Positions 42,894 to 52,359 are shown, numbered from the stretch's first letter. The stretch is 64,000 nucleotides of DNA from Desulfatiglandales bacterium (GCA_963667015.2 CAXXJJ010000001.1:384001-448000); one strand, 5' to 3'. Notes: generated by a model not told the origin, from the sequence alone. Translations and numbers: made by a program.

Positions 42894-45032
42894 TTAGGAA
42901 ATGCCATCAGAAAGATAGCATACGTTCTTCAAAGGACATACTGTTTCTTCACTCTGTTTATGGGTGCGGTCATATATTTTTTCAATAGCCTTTTCCATGG
43001 TAGAAAAGACATTCTCTTCGCCTATCTTTTCCATGAAGTGTGTTCGTTTCAGGACCGTCATGACCGTTTCATTTACACCGCTTACTGATATATCTAATCC
43101 GGCACTCCTGATCCTGTCAACAAGAAGTGTCAGGGTTTCCTGCCCTGATGCATCTATATCATTTATTCCGTTAGAAACAATTATTATGTGTCTCAGATTC
43201 GGTTTGGCCTTCATTATTTTCATTATTTCGTCTTCAAGATAGCTTTCGTTGGCAAAGAAAAGAGGGCCGTCGAACCTGATCATTGCAATATATTCGCATT
43301 CCTTGAGCCCGTGTGTCTCTGCACACCTGAATGCCTGATCTTCGGACCTTGCAAGAGTTGCTACTCCGGGCCGCATGCTTTTATACAGGAATACAAGCAG
43401 TGAAAGGACTACTCCAATCATTATTCCGTAGCCAAGGTGTGGAGCGAAAATTAAAGTACATACAAAGGTGATTATTGAGATAAGGCCGTCATACCACTGG
43501 GCCTGCCATGCATGGACAAATCCGGATACGTTGACAAGCCCTATTACGGCCATCATAATTATTGAGGCAAGTACCGGTTGGGGCAGGTGGTAAAGAAGCG
43601 GTGTGAAAAAAAGGAGAACTATCACAACCACCAGACTGGTGAATACACTTGAAAGACCGGTCACGGCTCCTGACTGGAGGTTTACCGCAGATCTTGAAAA
43701 TGAGCCTGAGGTGGGATAACTTTTTCCAATGGCTCCCAGAATATTGGCAAGTCCCTGGCCTATGAGCTCCCTGTCGGGATTGAGACGCTGTCCTGTCTTA
43801 CCTGCCATGGCCTTGGCAATTGAGATTGCCTCCATAAAACCCAGAAGGGATATAATTACTACATAGGGAAACAGGTGCCCGATAACCCGAAGGTCAATTT
43901 TAGGAATGGTCAGAGACGGCAGTCCCTTTGGAATTGTGCCCACGACAGCACCCCCGCCGGTCATTGTAATGCTGTTCAGATCCAGGGCAGTATTGCCTAA
44001 CTTGATTCTCCATGTATGACCTTCAGCTTCAGAACCCTCAGGAGCTTCATCCTTAAGGTAAAAACTGAGAGAGCCATCCGCAGAGGGTACTGCCATGAAG
44101 AGGGACTCTCTTAGCCGGGTTCGGTAAAGGTGGGATTTTTCCTTTGCCTCCTCAATTTCCATATCGGCTATGCTTACTTCATGTTCGGATTTAAGTGCCC
44201 TGAAATTTTCATGGTTTTTATGAGCCTCTTCAATCTCATTGAAAAAGAGAGCTTTATTTTCCGCCAGGGCATTGATTTTATTAGTCTCTTCGTTGAAATT
44301 TTTTAAGATCTCAACCGTGGCAGGGGAGTTTATCTGGCTGATATCTATTTTTTTGTTGTTTTCAAAATTAAATCCCCATGAAATTAAAGTTGTTATTACA
44401 ACCGCAACAAGTACATTGGGGATCTTGGGTGAAAACCATTTCAGCCCATACATCATGGCAAAGGCAACGGCCCCCATTAAAAGCGTAGGCCAATGGGTAT
44501 AATGAAATGCTGCCTGTATGACCCTGATAATAGTCTCATAATGATGCGTGCCGCTGTCAACATAAACTCCAAAAAGTTTTGAGAGCTGGGATGATGCTAT
44601 AATTATTGCGCCTGCATTTGTAAAACCGTTGACCACCGGGTGAGATAGAAAGTTGACAACAAGGCCGAGTCTGAGCACGCCCAGTAAAAACTGGAATATT
44701 CCAACCATCAGGGCAAGAAGTATTGCATAGGCTATAAATCCCGGGCTTCCGGTTGCGGCCAGGGGTTCAAGGCTGGCCTGGGTCATGAGAGAAACAATGG
44801 CAACCGGTCCTGTTGCAAGCTGCCGGCTTGACCCGAATAGGGCAGCAATCATGGGCGGCAAAAATGATGCATACAATCCGTAATAGGGTGGAAGACCTGC
44901 AAGCTGAGCATATGCCATTGACTGAGGGATAAGAACAAGGGCAACCGTGAGGCCGGAAATAATGTCGAGTCGAAAACTGTTAAAGGAATAATCCTTGAAC
45001 CAGCTTAGAAAGGGGAAAATTTTATTTAACAT
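42894..45032 (-). CDS. sulP: SulP/SLC26 anion permease with STAS domain
   Basis: IPQSMAYAQLAGLP, GSSRQLATGP, SGSFSRSAVN, FDGPLFFAN, DIDASG. Confidence 0.93.
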   Translation of the reverse strand: MLNKIFPFLSWFKDYSFNSFRLDIISGLTVALVLIPQSMAYAQLAGLPPYYGLYASFLPPMIAALFGSSRQLATGPVAIVSLMTQASLEPLAATGSPGFIAYAILLALMVGIFQFLLGVLRLGLVVNFLSHPVVNGFTNAGAIIIASSQLSKLFGVYVDSGTHHYETIIRVIQAAFHYTHWPTLLMGAVAFAMMYGLKWFSPKIPNVLVAVVITTLISWGFNFENNKKIDISQINSPATVEILKNFNEETNKINALAENKALFFNEIEEAHKNHENFRALKSEHEVSIADMEIEEAKEKSHLYRTRLRESLFMAVPSADGSLSFYLKDEAPEGSEAEGHTWRIKLGNTALDLNSITMTGGGAVVGTIPKGLPSLTIPKIDLRVIGHLFPYVVIISLLGFMEAISIAKAMAGKTGQRLNPDRELIGQGLANILGAIGKSYPTSGSFSRSAVNLQSGAVTGLSSVFTSLVVVIVLLFFTPLLYHLPQPVLASIIMMAVIGLVNVSGFVHAWQAQWYDGLISIITFVCTLIFAPHLGYGIMIGVVLSLLVFLYKSMRPGVATLARSEDQAFRCAETHGLKECEYIAMIRFDGPLFFANESYLEDEIMKIMKAKPNLRHIIIVSNGINDIDASGQETLTLLVDRIRSAGLDISVSGVNETVMTVLKRTHFMEKIGEENVFSTMEKAIEKIYDRTHKQSEETVCPLKNVCYLSDGIS

Positions 45033-45037
45033 GATAA

Positions 45038-45637
45038 TCACCTGCTAATTGATTTTTCTGCCTTAAGAATTCGTCGGCATGAATTGATAAGTTCATCATA
45101 AAGTGCTCCGGCATCATAAAGGTTATATGTGTTGAATCGTACAAGGGCATCAACCATACCGAAAATAATCATAGCTGTTTTCCTCGGGTGGACCTCCCTG
45201 TCGATAGAACCATCTTCCTGCCCGAGTGATATTGCTTTTTCAAAGATATCAATAAGGCAGTTGTAGATTGCTTCAAGATATTCCCTGCATTTGGGATTGT
45301 TTTTGGAGAGTTCATAGGCGTCATGTCTGTGGAGCAGTAAAAACCTGTCTTCCATTGATCCGGAAAGATAGAGGTAAAAGGAAATAATGTCCTCCATCAT
45401 CCGGATACCGCTGTCGAATTTCTGCTCCTCGATGTAGCGCTGGAATTCTTCAACAATACTGTCCCTGAATCCTTTCAGTATTGCCAGAAAGAGGCCTTCC
45501 TTGGTTTTGTAATGGTAAAAGATCGTCCCTTCGGCAGCGCCTGTTAACCTTGAAATTTCGGAGATAGGGGTCTCATTAAAGCCTTTTTGTGAAAAAAGGC
45601 CTGCAGCGACATCGAGTATTATCTGTTTTTTATTCAT
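45038..45637 (-). CDS. TetR/AcrR-family transcriptional regulator
   Basis: LFSQKGF...GTIFYHYKTKEGL helix-turn-helix. Confidence 0.93.
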   Translation of the reverse strand: MNKKQIILDVAAGLFSQKGFNETPISEISRLTGAAEGTIFYHYKTKEGLFLAILKGFRDSIVEEFQRYIEEQKFDSGIRMMEDIISFYLYLSGSMEDRFLLLHRHDAYELSKNNPKCREYLEAIYNCLIDIFEKAISLGQEDGSIDREVHPRKTAMIIFGMVDALVRFNTYNLYDAGALYDELINSCRRILKAEKSISR

Positions 45638-45656
45638 TTTTTTTCTCCATAATTAA

Positions 45657-45707
45657 ACTGAGCGCTCAGTCAGTTTTTTATAGTATCAATATTTCTGGTT
45701 CTGTCAA
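45657..45707 (-). promoter_or_regulatory. Sigma70 promoter and palindromic operator of the tetR-sulP operon
   Basis: Minus strand TTGACA (45707-45702), 16 bp, TACTAT (45685-45680); perfect palindrome ACTGAGCGCTCAGT at 45657-45670. Confidence 0.7.
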
Positions 45708-45850
45708 CAAAAAAAGGGTAGCAAAGCACTCTTAATCTGCTAAAAAAAGATAGAAAATGTAATACGTTTGATATATAATTTGGACTCTTAATCAGATTTG
45801 AGTAAATTGGACAGCTATATTAATTTTATAAAAATATTTTTTGGTAAAAT

Positions 45851-46114
45851 ATGGGTGAAAAGGCAGAAAAAAGACAGATAAAAAATAATCCTGACATAAT
45901 TGATTACCGTGGGGATTGCTGACGCGCATACCAGGACGTAGGTTTATGTCTAAGGATTCTTCCTCCGGGTAGGGCTTTTGAGTTTATACTTGAAAGGGAA
46001 AAGTATAATAACATCAAAAAGATAATTGACAGAAACGGCGGCAGGATTATTTCGGAATCAAACCTGGAAAATGGAGTTCAACTTAAGGTTTTAAAGGAAT
46101 CAAGAACTGCCTGA
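45851..46114 (+). CDS. TusA/SirA-like sulfur carrier, probable selenoprotein (in-frame TGA at 45920-45922); absent from the ORF track
   Basis: MGEKAEKRQIKNNPDIIDYRGDC-U-RAYQDVGLCLRILPPGRAFEFILEREKYNNIKKIIDRNGGRIISESNLENGVQLKVLKESRTA*; 63 sense codons follow the TGA. Confidence 0.8.
45934..45951 (+). promoter_or_regulatory. Candidate bacterial SECIS hairpin
   Basis: GGACGUA-GGUU-UAUGUCU stem-loop; G-first loop starts 18 nt after the UGA. Confidence 0.7.
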
Positions 46115-46149
46115 TTTATTTCACCACGAACCACACGAAATTCACCCGG

Positions 46150-47481
46150 CTATAAAAACATCAGGATGAGCGAGGTGACAATACCTCCCCAAATTAACGC
46201 AATAATGCAGTATCCCATAATATCCCGAATACCAAGACCTGCAATCCCCAATAGTGGCAGTGCCCAGAAGGGCTGTATCATATTTGTCCAGGCATCTCCC
46301 CAGGAAACAGCCATGGCAGCCTTACCCAGATCGACACCCAGTTCCTTTGCCGCAGGCATGACAATCGGCCCCTGGACTGCCCATTGTCCGCCACCGGAAG
46401 GTACGAAGAAGTTAACGATTCCTGCGCTCAGGTAGGTGAAGAAAGGAAAGGTGGTTGGAGTAGAAATTTCCACAAACCATTCTGAAATAGAAGCTGCTAA
46501 TCCGGAATTAACCATCATGCCCATAATTCCAGCATAAAGCGGAAACTGCAGAACAATACCACCTGTATTTTTGATAGCATCGTTCAGGGCTCTAAGATAG
46601 TTGGCAGGGGTTTTGTGCAGGATAATTCCTGCAAATAGGAAAATCAGGTTTACACTATCTAAACCAAGGCTGCCTCCTCTAACAAAATAGATGATAATAT
46701 AAATGATACCAAAAATTCCAAGCAAGATGGAGATGATCATGCTGTTTTCCAGCTTTTCAGCCGGGGTCATATTGGCTTTATCCCTGACCTCAAACCCGGT
46801 AGAATCTTCTTCCAGCAATGCGGGGTCCACTTCTATGACATTTTCTTTTACCGGCATCATCATTTTATTGATAAGCGGTAAGGTGATCAGCAATATCACG
46901 CAAATTAAAATGTTCTGCCAGGCAAAAATGGTTTCAGAAACAGGTATTACGGTGCCGCCTGTAATTTCCTTCATGAAGCTGGCTGATGTTTCGGCAACTT
47001 TCAATGGAATGGAACCTGAAAGGCCCGCATGCCACACTATAAATCCTGTATAAGCGGATGCCACCAGCAAACCGTAATGAATACCTCTGACCTTTTTAGC
47101 CATCTCTCTGGCTAGCAAGGCGCCGACTATCAATCCAAACCCCCAGTTGATCCAGCAGGCCAGCAAAGCCACAAAGGTGGTAATCACAATAGCCTGCTCC
47201 GGGCTTTTAGCTAATCCTGCAATGGATTTTAAGCCGGATTCTATAATCTTTGTTTTTGCCAGTGTATGCCCGGTTACCAGAACCAGCACCATCTGCATTG
47301 CAAAAGACAGCAGTTTCCAAAAGCCATCTCCCCAGTATTTGATCATCTCCACAGGGGTCTGGGCCTCAAAGACCATCCCAAGAACAAAGACCGCAAATGT
47401 TAAAATGACAGCAAATAAAAATGCGTCAGGCAGCCACCTACGGACAATTTTACTGAATAAATCGGCAATTTTTCTGATCAT
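46150..47481 (-). CDS. atoE: Short-chain fatty acid transporter
   Basis: WLPDAFLF, FAMQMVLVLVTG, FVPSGGGQWAVQGP, WGDAWTNMIQPFWALP. Confidence 0.93.
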   Translation of the reverse strand: MIRKIADLFSKIVRRWLPDAFLFAVILTFAVFVLGMVFEAQTPVEMIKYWGDGFWKLLSFAMQMVLVLVTGHTLAKTKIIESGLKSIAGLAKSPEQAIVITTFVALLACWINWGFGLIVGALLAREMAKKVRGIHYGLLVASAYTGFIVWHAGLSGSIPLKVAETSASFMKEITGGTVIPVSETIFAWQNILICVILLITLPLINKMMMPVKENVIEVDPALLEEDSTGFEVRDKANMTPAEKLENSMIISILLGIFGIIYIIIYFVRGGSLGLDSVNLIFLFAGIILHKTPANYLRALNDAIKNTGGIVLQFPLYAGIMGMMVNSGLAASISEWFVEISTPTTFPFFTYLSAGIVNFFVPSGGGQWAVQGPIVMPAAKELGVDLGKAAMAVSWGDAWTNMIQPFWALPLLGIAGLGIRDIMGYCIIALIWGGIVTSLILMFL

Positions 47482-47509
47482 ATATCTCTCCGGTTGTTAA
47501 TACTTTTTG

Positions 47510-47574
47510 TGTCACGAGTTTGTCACAGTAATTGTCATAGTAATGTCACAGCTCGGTTTCACAGCTTGTCATAG
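47510..47574. repeat. Six TGTCA(C/T)AG-like direct repeats at 10-13 bp spacing
   Basis: Copies start at 47510, 47521, 47533, 47544, 47557 and 47567. Confidence 0.75.
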
Positions 47575-48621
47575 CTTAGACAAAACATAATGTCGCGTTG
47601 GATCTGTCTGCCCAGTTCCTGTCTCATTTACTAACCTCTTTTCCAATAAGCCATTAAGGTCGCGTTGTAAACTGCGGCGATTAACCTCAGGGCAAAGCTT
47701 TTCATAGTCCTGAATAGTCAATCTCCCATACTGTAATATGTGGCCAACTGCTTTGCTCTGCCGTTCGTTTAAATTATATTTACCAGTCAAAACATCCAGA
47801 CGAATTATTAACTCTCCCAGCTCCTTTACTTCAACCATCTGAGTCTGTAAACCGGTAACAAAATATTCGAGCCATCCTGTCATATCCATATCGTTTTTAC
47901 GAACGCTCTGAATTGTCTTGTAGAAAGTCGGCCTGTCACGATCATAATATTCACTGATGGTAAACAGGCGTTTAAAATCATAACCGGCTTTATAAAGACA
48001 GAGGGTTGAAAGTAATCTTGAGGTTCTGCCATTACCGTCCAGAAAAGGGTGAATATGGACAAGCTGAAATTGTGCAATGCCGCTAATCAAAACCGGATGA
48101 ATTTCGATATCATCATTAAGCCATTTTACCAGTTGAGACATCATCATTGGAATATCTACTGCTGAAGGCGGTGTATAAATCGTTTCACCTGTCACAGAAT
48201 TTACAACATAATTTTGTATTCGTCGATATTCTCCCGGAGCAGCTTTTCCTCCCCTGACACCTTCAACAAGCTTTCGATGTATTTCCCGGATCATACCTTC
48301 TGTAATCGGGTCTCCACTGTCCAGACAATCAGAAACAAACTCAAAGGCATCCCGATAATTTAAAAGTTCCCTTGTGTCATCCGGATCTGCTTCAGGAACA
48401 GCTTTCCCGTTCCACAGCCGCTCCGCCTGCTCAATGGTCAAGCGTGTCCCCTCAATATGGGTTGTATGATGTGCTTCTTTAAGGAGGGCTTTGTTGCTCA
48501 TTTCCTTAACCCAGTCATCGGATAGTTTTGCAGCCTCCAGAAATCCACGGGCTCGTTCTATTTGGGTGATAGCCGATGTCATGGGGTTGGTTATGGTGAA
48601 TTTAGGGGTAAAGGTTATCAT
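47569..48621 (-). CDS. Fic-domain protein with C-terminal HTH
   Basis: [12 protein letters not shown]ic motif; [19 protein letters not shown]. Confidence 0.93.
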   Translation of the reverse strand: MITFTPKFTITNPMTSAITQIERARGFLEAAKLSDDWVKEMSNKALLKEAHHTTHIEGTRLTIEQAERLWNGKAVPEADPDDTRELLNYRDAFEFVSDCLDSGDPITEGMIREIHRKLVEGVRGGKAAPGEYRRIQNYVVNSVTGETIYTPPSAVDIPMMMSQLVKWLNDDIEIHPVLISGIAQFQLVHIHPFLDGNGRTSRLLSTLCLYKAGYDFKRLFTISEYYDRDRPTFYKTIQSVRKNDMDMTGWLEYFVTGLQTQMVEVKELGELIIRLDVLTGKYNLNERQSKAVGHILQYGRLTIQDYEKLCPEVNRRSLQRDLNGLLEKRLVNETGTGQTDPTRHYVLSKL

Positions 48622-49277
48622 GATTTATTCCTCCGTTTGGCGCTACGAACTCGATAAAGACGTTCGGTAAAACCACCTTCATTTTCAAAATCATACGCCA
48701 GCCGCTGGACCTGTCGGTCAAGTAAATAGCATGACAGGTTCAGCAAAGACAGCGCTGCATTGGCAGCCAGGCAAACGGAAGTCAGGGACTGACACGGACC
48801 TTCACAGACAGACACAGATGCACGGACCTGGTTGGGCACGGCAAAGTCATTGCTGGTCCGTGACAGTCCGTGTGTGTCCGTGCATTTTATTCTTTCACTC
48901 GCCACCCACTTTGCAAATTCCTTTACAGTCTGGGGTTTTTGCCTTTTAAAACGCGCTAACACCGGATGGTCCGGTTCCAGCATTGGCAAATCCCGCTGTC
49001 TCAAAAAATCCTCATAATCGAGTTTCAATTCTTCCAGACTGGCCCGGGCTACCTGGATCAGTTTCAGTTCTGTTTTCTTGGAAGTTGCAGAAGCCTGAGA
49101 GCCCTCGGCAATATTCTGAACCCCGGATCTTGCAGCCTGTACCATCTGATCTTTTGTCCGGCTGAACTTATCCACGTAGCGATCACAAAAACGAACAGTC
49201 ACATCATAGACTAACTGCGCCACCTGAAAACTTTTCAGTTTTCGGTAGCCACCGTGTTTTGGAATAAGTTCGGATAT
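48618..49277 (-). CDS. Four-helix-bundle (23S rRNA IVP/Avd-like) protein with suffix domain; start codon defective
   Basis: [50 protein letters not shown]. Homology extends upstream of the called GTG to an ATA at 49277, which is preceded by TAA. Confidence 0.85.
   Translation of the reverse strand: MSELIPKHGGYRKLKSFQVAQLVYDVTVRFCDRYVDKFSRTKDQMVQAARSGVQNIAEGSQASATSKKTELKLIQVARASLEELKLDYEDFLRQRDLPMLEPDHPVLARFKRQKPQTVKEFAKWVASERIKCTDTHGLSRTSNDFAVPNQVRASVSVCEGPCQSLTSVCLAANAALSLLNLSCYLLDRQVQRLAYDFENEGGFTERLYRVRSAKRRNKS
48793..48882. repeat. In-frame palindromic repeat element within the four-helix-bundle gene
   Basis: CAC(G/A)GA(C/T) at 48793, 48803, 48813, 48821; inverted GTCCGTG at 48856, 48866, 48876. 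Confidence 0.8.
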
Positions 49278-49509
49278 TTATTTTTCTCAGTTTTGGTCAT
49301 AGGGCTATAATGTCTTTAATGGTTTGTTTGTTCAAAAAGAATTTCCTCATTTTTTTCAAACCGCGTAGCTATCTTTCAATATTTTCTGAATTATATCAAC
49401 ACGTTTCTCGGTTCAAAATATTTTTATTTTTTACTGAAATTTTCAGGATTTGCTTATTTTTTATTAACAGAAAAAGAGTAGGCGGGCAAATAATTAAAAT
49501 AATACTTTT

Positions 49510-51789
49510 TTATTGGCTGTTTTGCCTATCCGGGTTATCAAGCACCTTTCTGATGGCAAAGGCAATATCATTCACATTGATGGGTTTAATCATAAATTCG
49601 TTAATCCCGGCTTTTTGAGCTTCTTCCTCATTTATCTGATCGCTGTAGCCCGTACAGAGAATTACCGGGATATCGGGTCTTATACCTCTTATCTCCTCTA
49701 CAAGGTTTTTTCCGGTCATTTCCGGCATGGTCATATCCGTTATTACAAGGTCAAATGACCCGGAATTATTGCGGAATATTTCCAGGGCTTCAGGACTGCT
49801 GGTTGTTGTAGTCGTATTATAGCCGAGTCTTGTAAGGATTTTTTCCATGGCAGCTACTGCGGCCTTTTCATCGTCCACAAAAAGAACATGCTCTGTTCCC
49901 TTCGGGTGCTCTATTTTTATCTCTTTCTGGGTAATAAAAGGTTCATCAACCAGAGGAAGATATACTGTGAAGGTTGCGCCATGGCCTAGCTCACTCTTAA
50001 CCGCTATATCCCCATCATAATTTTTTACAATGCCATGTATAATCGCCAGGCCAAGTCCGGTCCCCTCACCCGATTTTTTGGTTGTAAAATAAGGCTCGAA
50101 TATTTTATCCAGTATCTCCGGTGCGATACCTGATCCTGAATCGCTTACTGTAAGAGTAAGATATTTCCCCTTCTTTAAATTTGTAATTCCATTTTTTCTG
50201 TCCTTTTTGATATCTACAGTGTCAAGAATAATATCAATAGCGCCGCCATTCTCCTTAATGGAATGAGCAGCGTTTGTACAGAGATTCATTACAATCTGGT
50301 TTATCTGGGTAGGATTGGCATATATGACGTCATGATCTGTTTTGTTTTCATACCTGATATCAACAGTGGTTGGAATAGTTGAGCGTAGAAATTTTATTGC
50401 CTCTTTGATAACCATAGAAGCTCTTAATGTTATTCTGTTATCCTTTCCCTTTCTGGCAAATGTCAGTATCTGTTTAACCAGGTCCCTTGCCCTTTTGGCT
50501 GCTTTATGGATTTCATTGATGCTCATTTGCAGCGGATTGTTTGGTGAAATATCTTCCAGCGCCATTTGAGAATGCAGAATAATCGGGGCAAGGATGTTGT
50601 TAAAATCATGAGCAATTCCTCCTGCCAGGGTGCCTATCCCCTCCATTTTTTGCGTCTGCTGAAGTTGGGCCTCGAGTTTTTTCTTCTCAGTAAGATCTTT
50701 CATAATACTGATACTCCCGGTGATTTCTCCAGCGTCATTGTAGACAGGTGAGGCGGTTAATAAAGCTGGAAAGACCTTGCCGGATTGATTCTGGACGTTT
50801 ACCTCTCCAGACCAGCTTTGACCCTGCCGTATTTCCTTATGGGTTCTGGTCGCATCTGCAATGCTGCTTTCAGGTATAATGAGGTTTAGTAGATTACGGC
50901 CGATAACTTCAGAATTTTTCCAGTCGAACATTTTTTCCGAGTAGGGATTCCAGTAGAGTATTTTTCCTTTAAAGTCTGTGGCAATAACAGATTGATCAAC
51001 TGCATCAAGCAGCTTTGCCTGAAACTTGAGCTGTTCCTCTGTATGATTAGCTCTTCGATACTGTTTACCAAGGATATAAAAGGTTCCAATCAGAGTAAAA
51101 AGTCCCAAAATACAAATGAAAGAATATGCAAGGAGGATTTTCTTTATTGTAGTCGCATTTAAGCTTTTATATGGCTCCAGAGGAACAGTAACGCTTATAC
51201 CTCCGATCAGATCACCTTCTTTATAACCCTGTTTCGCATGACATTTGAGACATGATTTTTCCGTAAACATAGGCTGCATAAACCTCAGGTATTCTACATT
51301 CCCGGCAGTAAATACACTCAGGAATTCTGACTTGCCCTTTTTAAATGATTCAAGAGCCTCAACCTCCCATGAGACCGGAGCATTGTCTGGCCTTAGCGGG
51401 TTCAGGCTGGTAAGGTGCCCCTTTACCCTATTATTTTTTTCGGTCAGTTCATAAGCCTGTCTTGTCATGTATGATGGATTTATCAGGGTCAGCAGTCTTC
51501 CGGATGGCGTGGAAATATCACGTTCCTCAATACCTTCAAGATATAAATTCGGTTTTGTAGTTTCAGTGACAGGGGCATAGGTTCCGCCATGTATGGACGA
51601 CCATCGGCGATAGACAATGTCTTTATCATAGTGTGCCGATGCCTCTACCCTGGCGAGTTCTAATGGGATATTATGCTGATTTTTTATTGCAAAAAAACAG
51701 GACGTGCCCATGACTAATATCCAGATGGCACAAAGCAGTATACAAATCCTGAGTATCCAGTTTCTCCCTTTCTTATGTTTTTCACTCAT
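49510..51789 (-). CDS. Hybrid sensor kinase: periplasmic c-type haem (DUF3365-like), PAS, HisKA, HATPase, REC
   Basis: TLINPSYMTRQ, CLKCH, IAHDFNNIL, GTGLGL, TDMTMP. Confidence 0.92.
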   Translation of the reverse strand: MSEKHKKGRNWILRICILLCAIWILVMGTSCFFAIKNQHNIPLELARVEASAHYDKDIVYRRWSSIHGGTYAPVTETTKPNLYLEGIEERDISTPSGRLLTLINPSYMTRQAYELTEKNNRVKGHLTSLNPLRPDNAPVSWEVEALESFKKGKSEFLSVFTAGNVEYLRFMQPMFTEKSCLKCHAKQGYKEGDLIGGISVTVPLEPYKSLNATTIKKILLAYSFICILGLFTLIGTFYILGKQYRRANHTEEQLKFQAKLLDAVDQSVIATDFKGKILYWNPYSEKMFDWKNSEVIGRNLLNLIIPESSIADATRTHKEIRQGQSWSGEVNVQNQSGKVFPALLTASPVYNDAGEITGSISIMKDLTEKKKLEAQLQQTQKMEGIGTLAGGIAHDFNNILAPIILHSQMALEDISPNNPLQMSINEIHKAAKRARDLVKQILTFARKGKDNRITLRASMVIKEAIKFLRSTIPTTVDIRYENKTDHDVIYANPTQINQIVMNLCTNAAHSIKENGGAIDIILDTVDIKKDRKNGITNLKKGKYLTLTVSDSGSGIAPEILDKIFEPYFTTKKSGEGTGLGLAIIHGIVKNYDGDIAVKSELGHGATFTVYLPLVDEPFITQKEIKIEHPKGTEHVLFVDDEKAAVAAMEKILTRLGYNTTTTTSSPEALEIFRNNSGSFDLVITDMTMPEMTGKNLVEEIRGIRPDIPVILCTGYSDQINEEEAQKAGINEFMIKPINVNDIAFAIRKVLDNPDRQNSQ

Positions 51790-52034
51790 CTGTTGATCTG
51801 CTCCCTGTTTGATTGCTGTATAGCCCTATCTGTATGGAACGATCACAAGCTGTTCTCAGTTAAAAGGCAATAAAAAATATTTTATGCTGATAAGTCCTGT
51901 AAGCCCTGTAATGCGAATGAATGGAAATATAAAAATCAGTTTTGGATAGTATAAACCTGAATTCTTCACCGAATATCTGTTATAGTTATAAAATCCTTAT
52001 CAGGGCATCGAATGAAAAATTTAGGGGATAAAAA

Positions 52035-52346
52035 TTAGTGTTCCGGTAAAAAAATATTTTTCTTCTCAGGATCTTGCTGTTCTCTGTACAGGATAGCTAT
52101 ATGTCCGATAGTTCCTGCTATTTCTGCCTTTGTCCTTTTGCAGAGTTCTTCGGTTATTTCCGCTTTTTGATCCTTTTCCTTAAATTCATTGAATTTTACC
52201 TTTATCAATTCATGCCTTTCGAGTGCCTGATCTGAGGATTTGACAAGATCGTCAGTGAGCCCTTTCTGGCCGATCAGTACAACCGGTTTTATATTATGAG
52301 CCAGTCCCCTGAGATATTTTTTTTGAAAACCTTTTAATTTACCCAT
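52035..52346 (-). CDS. yhbY: CRM-domain RNA-binding protein
   Basis: QKKYLRGLAH..KPVV.IGQKG, HELIKVK, IGH...LYR. Confidence 0.93.
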   Translation of the reverse strand: MGKLKGFQKKYLRGLAHNIKPVVLIGQKGLTDDLVKSSDQALERHELIKVKFNEFKEKDQKAEITEELCKRTKAEIAGTIGHIAILYREQQDPEKKNIFLPEH

Positions 52347-52359
52347 TTATTTATACCTT

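Noticed and set aside
47510..47574. Repeat array as a CRISPR or iteron origin
   Set aside because: Units are 8 bp with 2-5 bp gaps, there are no spacers, and no cas or rep gene is present.
48618..49277. Avd-like gene as part of a diversity-generating retroelement
   Set aside because: No reverse transcriptase and no template/variable repeat pair in the window.
49310..49618. 102-aa Phe/Ile-rich ORF
   Set aside because: Arises from an AT-rich intergenic tract and overlaps the kinase gene antisense.
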